From the NCBI GenBank assembly GCA_964016885.1, contig OZ024756.1:9548001-9612000 (forward strand): a stretch of DNA of 64,000 nucleotides, written 5' to 3'. Shown here piece after piece: positions 25,696-35,600 of the stretch. The translations under genes were made by a program, and so were the position numbers. The DNA comes from Eledone cirrhosa. Lineage: Eukaryota. The number at the start of each line of letters is the position of its first letter. Positions within the stretch are counted from its first letter, which is position 1. The notes beneath the pieces were generated by a model. It was not told where the DNA came from. It did no database searches and saw only the letters and a program-made list of their open reading frames with translations.

Positions 25696-26282
25696 TACGG
25701 CTTAATACAGGATGTTTGTTTACAAACACACCGAGCATTATAATAAATGTTCGGTGAATCTATACGTACATATATATATATGTGTGCATGTATGTATATA
25801 TATATACATACTACTGTACGTCTGTATACATATATGTATGTACGTATACATACTTATATTTAAGTAACAGCCGTACTAAGAGTGAGAAATGAAATTTCGT
25901 TTCATTTCTTCCATTTATCGTTTTCGGTGCACCCGGCCGATTAACCCACTCGATATGCAAATTGGGCTACTCAGCCGTTAATATGCATAAGGTAAGTATA
26001 TACGTTTAACAATCAGGCAGGAAGGTATACGTTGCTGACGATAGCTAATAAGCTTGAAACTAGTACAGCGTTCCTTTGTCAGTGTTGAACAAACGAGCAA
26101 CGATGGTTGCTAGACACTACGGCTTAATACGGGATGTTTGTTTACAAACACACCGAGCATTATAATAAATGTTCGGTGAATCCATACGTACATATATATA
26201 TGTGTGAATGTATGTATATATATATACGTACTACTGTATGTCTGTATACATATATGTATGTACGTGTACATACTTATATTTA
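25696..26282 (+). mobile_element. ~1.4 copies of a 422-bp unit (165-bp direct repeats) containing a hammerhead; retrozyme-like or Penelope pLTR-like
   Basis: tacggcttaatac...tacttatattta occurs at 25696-25862 and 26118-26282, with HHR-6 between the two copies. Confidence 0.7.
26029..26071 (+). ncRNA. Minimal type-I hammerhead ribozyme motif (HHR-6)
   Basis: ACGTTG; CTGACGA (26035-41); T-AGCT-AATA-AGCT-T; GAAA (26056-59); palindromic CTAG; UH = TA; CAGCGT, giving a 6-bp stem I. The first stem II pair is a U-U mismatch. Confidence 0.8.
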
Positions 26283-26426
26283 TTATATTATATTATATTT
26301 AATTTATATTGAAGATAATTCGCATTATATAATTTATAAAATATTTACAGTTATAATTTTAAAAATTAAGATTAACAATTAGAATTCCTTAAAGCACCAA
26401 AAGGCCTTATAATTAAACTTAAAAAA

Positions 26427-26626
26427 NNNNNNNNNNNNNNNNNNNNNNNNNNNNNNNNNNNNNNNNNNNNNNNNNNNNNNNNNNNNNNNNNNNNNNNNNN
26501 NNNNNNNNNNNNNNNNNNNNNNNNNNNNNNNNNNNNNNNNNNNNNNNNNNNNNNNNNNNNNNNNNNNNNNNNNNNNNNNNNNNNNNNNNNNNNNNNNNNN
26601 NNNNNNNNNNNNNNNNNNNNNNNNNN
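26427..26626. other. Assembly scaffold gap (200 N)
   Basis: Exactly 200 Ns. The true distance and contiguity across the gap are unknown. Confidence 0.99.
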
Positions 26627-27198
26627 AAAAAGGAGAGAGAGAGACAGGGAGAGAAAGGGAGAGAGAGAGAGAGAGAGAGATGCAGTGAAAGACGAAGAGC
26701 AAAGAAATGTCGATTTCTCTGTAATGAAATCTAAAGCTTAATTCATAACTTTTAACGAAACAAACATTTTAAAGAAGTACTTTTATTGTCATAAAAAAAA
26801 ATAAAACACTGGAAATACCTCTATATTTTTATATTTTTATACCATGCAAAAAAGTAACCCAAGAAAAGTCTTGTAAAGCCCCCCCCCCCCCACACACACC
26901 TTTTTTTGTTTATTTATATTGTCATATTTCCCTATGTGCATAGGTGTAAAAGCCAAAAATAAGTGTAAAATTACACACACATGTTCACCAGGTCTGAACA
27001 CAGAGGAACCAAACTCCCATTGTCACTGCCTCCGTCTCTTCCCGCCCTCCCCATCTCCCACATTTATGAACAAATGGGGTCCCAAGCATTGGACGCCCTG
27101 CAGCCCCAGCAGGTAGAATAGAAAAGGTGTTTCCCCAGAGGATGGTGAGTGGAGACATGCTGGAAGAGCCATACTTGCTTGCGAGGCTCGCACCTCCG

Positions 27199-27432
27199 GG
27201 TAGCCAACTTTCTGCTAATGGTGGTGAGTAGGGAGGTGGTCCTAGGGCCAAGGACACCAGAAGTCTCCACTGCTACAGGTAGCCAACTTTCTGCTAATGG
27301 TGGTGAGTAGGGAGGTGGTCCTAGGCCAAGGACACCAGAAGTCTCCACTGCTACAGGTAGCCAACTCTCTGCTAATGGTGGTGAGTAGGGAGGTGTTCCT
27401 AGGGCCAAGGACACCAGGAGTTGCCACTGCTA
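27199..27432. repeat. 79-bp tandem triplication inside the CRE-like ORF
   Basis: ggtagccaact...ccactgcta starts at 27199, 27278 and 27356. Confidence 0.92.
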
Positions 27433-27618
27433 GGGGCTTGACTGCAAACCTGTCAGAGAGCGACCGATATTTAGAAAGTTTACCCTCCTCAGCCTGAAGT
27501 GCAGCAGAGCCTGAGTTAGTCGCAGACTGCACTAGATTGCACGGGAGAAGGTGTCGCTGCATGTGGCATTCCAGACGAGGGGTTTACCACTGCGGAACAG
27601 GAAGATGGCCATGCCGTT

Positions 27619-28345
27619 CCCCTTGGTCCAGCCCCACTGGCTTAAGCTGGGAGGGGAAGCCTGCAACATCCCCCTTGGTCCAGCCCCACTGGCTTAAGCT
27701 GGGAGGGGAAGCCTGCAACATCCCCCTTGGTCCAGCCCCACTGGCTTAAGCTGGGAGGGGAAGCCTGCAACATCCCCCTTGGTCCAGCCCCACTGGCTTA
27801 AGCTGGGAGGCGAAGCCTGCAACATCCCCCTTGGTCAGCCCCACTGGCTTAAGCTGGGAGGGGAAGCCTGCAACATCCCCCTTGGTCCAGCCCCCACTGG
27901 CTTAAGCTGGGAGGGGAAGCCTGCAACATCCCCCTTGGTCCAGCCCCACTGGCTTAAGCTGCGAGGGGAAGCCTGCAACATCCCCCTTGGTCCAGCCCCA
28001 CTGGCTTAAGCTGGGAGGAGAAGCCTGCAACATCCCCTTGGTCCAGCCCCACTGGCTTAAGCTGGGAGGGGAAGCCTGCAACATCCCCCTTGGTCCAGCC
28101 CCACTGGCTTAAGCTGGGAGGGGAAGCCTGCAACATCCCCCTTGGTCCAGCCCCACTGGCTTAAGCTGGGAGGGGAAGCCTGCAACATCCCCCTTGGTCC
28201 AGCCCCACTGCTTAAGCTGGGAGGGGAAGCCTGCAACATCCCCCTTGGTCCAGCCCCACTGGCTTAAGCTGGGAGGGGAAGCCTGCAACATCCCCCTTGG
28301 TCCAGCCCCACTGGCTTAAGCTGGGAGGGGAAGCCTGCAACATCC
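27619..28345. repeat. 52-bp minisatellite (~14 copies), CCCCTTGGTCCAGCCCCACTGGCTTAAGCTGGGAGGGGAAGCCTGCAACATC
   Basis: Period 52, seen directly. The minus strand encodes DVAGFPSQLKPVGLDQG of the host CRE-like ORF. Confidence 0.97.
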
Positions 28346-28714
28346 AAGCCATGTTTTATGTGCGTAGCTATTGAACAAGGGACAGTAAATTACTAATTTC
28401 TATCCAACAGTTCAAAGTAGAATCTGTTTCAAGAGTACACAATTCTTTGTTTGTTATTGTTGTTTTTCTTTTAATGTTTTTGTTCAGAACTGTAGAGAGT
28501 TCGTAAATAGAAAGTTTTTAAGTAGAGAGTATAGGACTTTGAGTGGGAGAGAAACTAAAGTAATAATGGTTAAAAGACAAAGAAACATATATTATATACA
28601 TTCTACTTCTGTATCAGCTGTATCCCCCGAGATCAGCCAGATGTTATCCAGCCATCTTGCTTAGAGTCTATCCTGTTGGTTTTGCCCGTAGAATCTGTCC
28701 AACAATTCTGTCCT

Positions 28715-29340
28715 CAGACATTCTAACTGAACAGGATTGACATCTGCAGCCAGGTTGGAAGTGGAATCATGACTGGCAGGTGTAAAATCAGAATTTGCAG
28801 ACGATGTGGTGTTACTTAACTCAACAGAAGATGATCTTTGACTTGCACTCGATAGGTCTGATGCCGAGTGCTGCATCACTGAAATGAGAATCGGTGCTTC
28901 CAAAACTGAGGCATTCATCCTCTCAAGGAAGCCTGGTAGAGAAGTTCAAGTATTTTGGGGCCATGTTCATGAGTGATAGAAGGCAAGAGGCTGAATTAAG
29001 TGCAAGAATTGTGGGCGGTAGGTGCAAAAGTCAAACTCGCCATGTTCAATTCAGTATTTGTACCTATGGTCATGAATCTTGGGTAATGAATGAAATAATA
29101 TGATCGCGAATACAAGCTGCCGAAATAGGGTTCATCTGAAGGGTCTTTGGAGTAATGTTACTCAACAGAGTGCGTAACTTGTGTGGGGATGGTGTGGTGG
29201 TGTGGAAGAGGTGACCAGAAGCTGGGGACGATTGACCGGAGGTAGAAGAGGAAGTAACGTGAGATGCATACCCAGGAGCGATCTGTGGGCTCTCTTTCGG
29301 CTGTGACCCGCGACGGACGGACGGGCGAATGCGAACTGCA
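28715..29340 (+). mobile_element. Decayed RTE-clade (Expander/Rex3-like) LINE reverse transcriptase fragment
   Basis: FADDVVLLNSTEDDL*LALDR (from 28794), MRIGASKTEAFILSRKP, VEKFKYFGAMFMSDRRQEAELSARI and TYGHESWVMNEII*SRIQAAEIGFI*RV, with stops, deletions and frameshifts. Confidence 0.85.
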
Positions 29341-29429
29341 ACTTGGCGAACGGATTATATCCACGTGGATGAGGCATGGCTCGCTGAGTGAGCTTGCATA
29401 ATTGCGGTAAGTGCAGTAGCTTTCTCATT

Positions 29430-29900
29430 ACAACTTGGAGACCAAAGTGTCACTCCAGGTAGAGCTGCTACTTCTCCGAATTGAGAGATCACAACTCTGA
29501 TACTATACTGTATACCAAACAGAAGATTCTTTATCATATTCATGGCAAAACAAAAATCCTGTTTACACACATTTTCATTCATATTTGTTCTACAGATATA
29601 AGTAAAAGTAAAGAATCTGCTGAAACAATCGTCTTTTGCACCTGTCGTCACCAAGAATCTCAGGCATCCTTGGACCCCGGACAGCTGATCTCCCACACAA
29701 AATCAGATCATCAGCTACACATTTGAGGAAGGAACCCTGCAAGGTGGGGTGCTTGTTGCAGCAGGTGTCACTGGCCATTGTCCATCAAAATGCCTTTGCA
29801 GTTTTGTCTGCCAGGCACAGCCAAAACACCACCCTGGCTTAGGTGTAAAGTCTGTCACCCTCTCCCCCCTATTTCTTCCGTTGCCTAATAGTCCTTGCTC
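29430..29900 (+). mobile_element. Second decayed CRE-like 3' fragment
   Basis: ORF 29636-29842 reads SGILGPRTADL..KEPCKVGCLLQQVSLAIVHQNAFAVLSA, homologous to the C-terminus at ~27100-27430 (-). 29432-29510 also resembles 32481-32555. Confidence 0.7.
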
Positions 29901-29944
29901 TTTCCCTCCTTTTCTTTTCATTTATAACATTTATAGTCTTTTAC

Positions 29945-32250
29945 TTGACTTTCCTATATGGAAAGGTGATTAGAAATATGGAGCAAAGGTAGTGTCTGTA
30001 TGTGAAGTGTGATGTTGCATGGTAGCGACTGCAGAGGACATGTGGTGCTACATGGTAGTGAAACATTGACTGTGACTGCAGAGGAAATGTGGTGCTACAT
30101 GTGGTGCTACACGGTGGTGAAACATGGGCTGTGACTGCAGAGGACATGTGGCGCTTACATGGTGGTGAAACATGGGCTGTGACTGCAGAGGACATGTGGT
30201 GCTACATGTGGTGATACATGTCGGTGAAACATTGGCAGTGATTGCAGAGGACATGTGGTGCTACATGTGGTGCTACACGGTGGTGGAACATGGGCTGTTA
30301 CTGCAGAGGACATGTGGTGCTACATGGTGGTGAAACATGGGCTGTGATTGCAGAGGACATGTGGTGCTACATGTGGTGTTACATGGCGGTGAAACATTGG
30401 CAGTGACTGCAGAGGACATGTGATGCTACATGGTGGTGAAACATTGGCATTAACTGCAGAGGACATGTGATGCTACATGGTGGTGAAACATTGGCAGTGA
30501 CTGCAGAGGACATGTGATGTTACATGGTGGTGAAACATTGGCAGTGACTGCAGAGGACATGTGATGCTACATGGTGGTGAAACATTGGCATTAACTGCAG
30601 AGGACATGTGATGCTACATGGTGGTGAAACATTTGGCAGTGACTGCAGAGGACATGTGATGCTACATGGTGGTGAAACATTGGCAGTGACTGCAGAGGAC
30701 ATGTGATGTTACATGGTGGTGAAACATTGGCAGTGACTGCAGAGGACATGTGACGCTTACATGGTGGTGAAACATTGGCAGTGACTGCAGAGGACATGTG
30801 ATGCTACATGGTGGTGAAAAATTGGCAGTGACTGCAGAGGACATGTGATGCTACATGGTGGTGAAACATTGGCAGTGACTGCAGAGGACATGTCATGTTA
30901 CATGGTGGTGAAACATTGGCATTAACTGCAGAGGACATGTGATGCTACATGGTGGTGAAACATTGGCAGTGACTGCAGAGGACATGTGATGCTACATGGT
31001 GGTGAAACATTGGCAGTGACTGCAGAGGACATGTGATGCTACATGGTGGTGAAACATTGGCAGTGACTGCAGAGGACATGTGATGTTACATGGTGGTGAA
31101 ACATTGGCAGTGACTGCAGAGGACATGTGACGCTTACATGGTGGTGAAACATTGGCAGTGACTGCAGAGGACATGTGATGTTACATGGTGGTGAAACATT
31201 GGCATTAACTGCAGAGGACATGTGATGCTACATGGTGGTGAAACATTGGCAGTGACTGCAGAGGACATGTGATGCTACATGGTGGTGAAACATTGGCAGT
31301 GACTGCAGAGGACATGTGATGCTATATGGTGGTGAAACATTGGCAGTGACTGCAGATGACATGTGATGCTACATGGTGGTGAAACATTGGCAGTGACTGC
31401 AGAGGACATGTGATGTTACATGGTGGTGAAACATTGGCAGTGACTGCAGAGGACATGTGATGTTACATGGTGGTGAAACATTGGCATTAACTGCAGAGGA
31501 CATGTGATGCTACATGGTGGTGAAACATTGGCAGTGACTGCAGAGGACATGTGATGTTACATGGTGGTGAAACATTGGCAGTGACTGCAGAGGACATGTG
31601 ATGCTACATGGTGGTGAAACATTGGCAGTGACTGCAGAGGACATGTGATGCTACATGGTGGTGAAACATTGGCAGTGACTGCAGAGGACATGTGATGTTA
31701 CATGGTGGTGAAACATTGGCAGTGACTGCAGAGGACATGTGATGCTACATGGTGGTGAAACATTGGCATTAACTGCAGAGGACATGTGATGCCACATGGT
31801 GGTGAAACATTGGCAGTGACTGCAGAGGACATGTGATGCTACATGGTGGTGAAACATTGGCAGTGACTGCAGAGGACATGTGTAGACTGGAGAGAAATGA
31901 AGTAACCATGCTTCGTTGGAGAAAGGCAGAGTTAGGATGAACTGAGGGATAAGCTGGGTGTAAGAGGAATCAAAAGTGGTGTGTAGCAAAGAAGACTGTT
32001 GGTATGGACATATGGTGTAGGTTAAGGGTCACTGAGTGAAGAAGTGCCAAGAAATGGCAGTGAAAGGAAGCTGCAGTAGAGGAAGATGAAGGAAGACCTG
32101 GGCAGAGGTGATGATAGCTGATCTCAAATTACTGACACCCATAGAGGAGATAATGAAGGAATGTAGCAAGTGGAGAGATGCTGTGCTGAAAAGGACTTTT
32201 CCAACCCATGCAAGCATAGAAAAATGGATGTGAAAACGATGGTGATGAGG
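29945..32250 (+). mobile_element. 3' end of an RTE-clade LINE, split by a 47-bp minisatellite
   Basis: VMLHG(G/S)ETLAVTAEDMCRLERNEVTMLRW..ELRDKLGVRGI..WYGH..VKKCQEMAVKGSCSRGR*RKTWAEV..KWRDAV, then the 3' UTR ccaacccatgcaagcatagaaaaatggatg and a GAT-type tail. Confidence 0.85.
30008..31881. repeat. 47-bp minisatellite (~39 copies), TGATGCTACATGGTGGTGAAACATTGGCAGTGACTGCAGAGGACATG
   Basis: Period 47, seen directly. The leftmost units are degenerate and carry 12-bp internal duplications. Confidence 0.97.
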
Positions 32251-32301
32251 CAGAAATATACACCAGCTACATTGTGGAATGGAGACCATCTTTAATTACA
32301 C

Positions 32302-32314
32302 TGCCATCTAGTGG
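32302..32314 (-). promoter_or_regulatory. Candidate CTCF core motif (CCACTAGATGGCA on the minus strand)
   Basis: Exact match to the CCACYAGRKGGC core. Motif match only. Confidence 0.3.
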
Positions 32315-32480
32315 ATTGTGTCAATTCTGTAAATGAAGAAAGAAACTTTGTTAGTTTTTGCAACTGTATCCATTAATATTGTAACAATATTCATTTAAGT
32401 TTTGATATTATAAGTATTTGAAATGAAGGAGTGTTTTTGTGGTTACCATGTATTACAATATTAGATACAAATACATGCAT

Positions 32481-32662
32481 AGCTTGGAAATCAGAGAATC
32501 GTTGCTAGTAGAGACACTTCTCTGTATTGAGATATCACAGCTCCGGTACTACAGACATGAGGCTTAGAACGGTTCCCTGTTGTAATGACTTCATTATTTT
32601 GTCTACAAGGCACAGCTAAGATTTACCTACCTTGGCTGAGCTGTTGAGTTTGTCTCAGCAGT
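32481..32662 (+). mobile_element. Internally deleted CRE-like 3' fragment leading into the 52-bp array
   Basis: aatgacttcattattttgtctacaaggcacagctaa (NDFIILSTRHS*) parallels NAFAVLSARHS at ~29790. The 5' part is similar to 29432-29510. Confidence 0.55.
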
Positions 32663-32668
32663 ACAAGG

Positions 32669-35600
32669 CACAGTTGAGATATATCACCTAGACTGGGGTG
32701 TACAGTTTATCAGTCCCTCCCACAATTGAGACTGGGGTGTAGAGTTTGTCAGTCCCTCCCACAGTTGAGATATACCACCTAGACTGGGGTGTACACTTTG
32801 TCAGTCCCTCCCACAGTTGAGATATACCACCTAGACTGGGGTGTACAGTTTGTCAGTCCCTCCCACAGTTGAGATATACCACCTAGACTGGGGTGTACAG
32901 TTTGTCAGTCCCTCCCACAGTTGAGATATACCACCTAGACTGGGGTGTAGAGTTTGTCAGTCCCTCCCACAGTTGAGATATACCACCTAGACTGGGGTGT
33001 ACAGTTTGTCAGTCCCTCCCACAGTTGAGATATACCACCTAGACTGGGGTGTACAGTTTGTCAGTCCCTCCCACAGTTGAGATATACCACCTAGACTGGG
33101 GTGTACAGTTTGTCAGTCCCTCCCACAGTTGAGATATACCACCTAGACTGGGGTGTACAGTTTGTCAGTCCCTCCCACAGTTGAGATATACCACCTAGAT
33201 TGGGGTGTACAGTTTGTCAGTCCCCCCCACAGTTGAGATATACCACCTAGACTGGGGTGTACAGTTTGTCAGTCCCTCCCACAGTTGAGATATACCACCT
33301 AGACTGAGGTGTACAGTTTGTCAGTCCCTCCCACAGTTGAGATATACCACCTAGACTGGAGTGTAGAGTTTGTCAGTCCCTCCCACAGTTGAGATATACC
33401 ACCTAGACTGGGGTGTACAGTTTGTCAGTACCTCCCACAATTGAGATATACCACCTAGATTGGGGTGTAGAGTTTGTCAGTCCCCCCCCCCCCACAGTTG
33501 AGATATACCACCTAGACTGGGGTGTACAGTTTGTCAGTCCCTCCCACAGTTGAGATATACCACCTAGACTGAGGTGTACAGTTTGTCAGTCCCTCCCACA
33601 GTTGAGATATACTACATAGACTGAGGTGTAGAGTTTGTCAGTCCCTCCCACAGTTGAGATATACCACCTAGACTGAGGTGTAGAGTTTGTCAGTCCCTCC
33701 CACAGTTGAGATATACCACCTAGACTGGGGTGTAGAGTTTGTCAGTCCCTCCCACAGTTGAGATATACCACCTAGACTGGGGTGTACAGTTTGTCAGTCC
33801 CTCCCACAGTTGAGATATACCACCTAGACTGAGGTGTAGAGTTTGTCAGTCCCTCCCACAGTTGAGATATACCACCTAGACTGGGGTGTAGAGTTTGTCA
33901 GTCCCTCCCACAGTTGAGATATACCACCTAGACTGAGGTGTAGAGTTTGTCAGTCCCTCCCACAGTTGAGATATACCACCTAGACTGGGGTGTAGAGTTT
34001 GTCAGTCCCTCCCACAGTTGAGATATACCACCTAGACTGGGGTGTACAGTTTGTCAGTCCCTCCCACAGTTGAGATATACCACCTAGACTGGGGTGTACA
34101 GTTTGTCAGTCCCTCCCACAGTTGAGATATACCACCTAGACTGGGGTATACAGTTTGTCAGTCCCTCCCACAGTTGAGATATACCACATAGACTGAGGTG
34201 TACAGTTTGTCAGTCCCTTCCACCGTTGAGATATACCACCTAGACTGGGGTGTAGAGTTTGTCTCACTCCCACAGTTGAGATATACCACCTAGACTGGGG
34301 TGTACAGTTTGTCAGTCCCTCCCACAGTTGAGATATACCACCTAGACTGGGGTGTACAGTTTGTCAGTCCCTCCCACAATTGAGATATACCACCTAGACT
34401 GGGGTGTACAGTTTGTCAGTCCCTACCACAGTTGAGATATACCACCTAGACTGGGGTGTACAGTTTGTCAGTCCCTCCCACAGTTGAGATATACCACCTA
34501 GACTGGGGTGTACAGTTTGTCAGTCCCTCCCACAGTTGAGATATACCACCTAGACTGGGGTGTACAGTTTGTCAGTCCCTCCCACCGTTGAGATATACCA
34601 CCTAGACTGGGGTGTACAGTTTGTCAGTCCCTCCCACAGTTGAGATATACCACCTAGACTGGGGTGAACAGTTTATCAGTCCCTCCCACAATTGAGATAT
34701 ACCACCTAGACTGGGGTGTACAGTTTGTCAGTCCTTCCCACAGTTGAGATATTCCCCTAGACTGGGGTGTAGAGTTTGTCAGTCCCTCCCACAGTTGAGA
34801 TATACCACCTAGACTGGGGTGTACAGTTTGTCAGTCCCTCCCACAGTTGAGATATACCACCTAGACTGGGGTGTACAGTTTGTCTCCCTCCCACAGTTGA
34901 GATATACCACCTAGACTGAGGTGTAGAGTTTGTCAGTCCCTCCCACAGTTGAGATATACCACCTAGACTGGGGTGTAGAGTTTGTCAGTCCCTCCCACAG
35001 TTGAGATATACCACCTAGACTGGGGTGTACAGTTTGTCAGTCTCTCCCACAATTGAAATATACCACCTAGACTGGGGTGTAGAGTTTGTCAGTCCCTCCC
35101 ACAGTTGAGATATACCACCTAGACTGGGGTGTACAGTTTGTCAGTCCCTCCCATAGTTGAGATATACCACCTAGACTGAGGTGTAGAGTTTGTCAGTCCC
35201 TCCCACAGTTGAGATATACCACCTAGACTGAGGTGTAGAGTTTGTCAGTCCCTCCCACAGTTGAGATATACCACCTAGACTGGGGTGTACAGTTTGTCAG
35301 TCCCTCCCACAGTTGAGATATACTACATAGACTGAGGTGTACAGTTTGTCTGTCCCTCCCACAGTTGAGATATACCACCTAGACTGGGGTGTAGAGTTTG
35401 TCAGTCCCTCCCACAGTTGAGATATACCACCTAGACTGGGGTGTACAGTTTGTCAGTCCCTCCCACAGTTGAGATATACCACCTAGACTGGGGTGTACAG
35501 TTTGTCTCCCTCCCACAGTTGAGATATACCACCTAGACTGAGGTGTACAGTTTGTCAGTCCCTCCCACAGTTGAGATATACCACCTAGACTGGGGTGTAC

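Larger units (their letters stand above)
26990..28362 (-). mobile_element. Decayed 3' end of a CRE-like non-LTR retrotransposon (restriction-like endonuclease domain), interrupted by tandem expansions
   Basis: The minus strand, with frameshifts, gives IKHGLDVAGFPSQLKPVGLDQG..NGMAIFLFRSGKPLVWNATCSDTFS..SGSAALQAEEGKLSKYRSLSDRF..PLAVETSGVLGP..WLFQHVS/LTILWGNTFSIL. This matches the CRE RLE pattern PDG..GK.L.WD.TC.DT..AE..K..KY..P.AVET.G..G..QR.S.A..RGNA. Confidence 0.82.

Noticed and set aside
27485-29715. Additional TCNTCAG words (~27485, ~28710, ~29708) as minus-strand hammerhead cores
   Set aside because: There is no correctly spaced TTTC and no stem II or stem I pairing.
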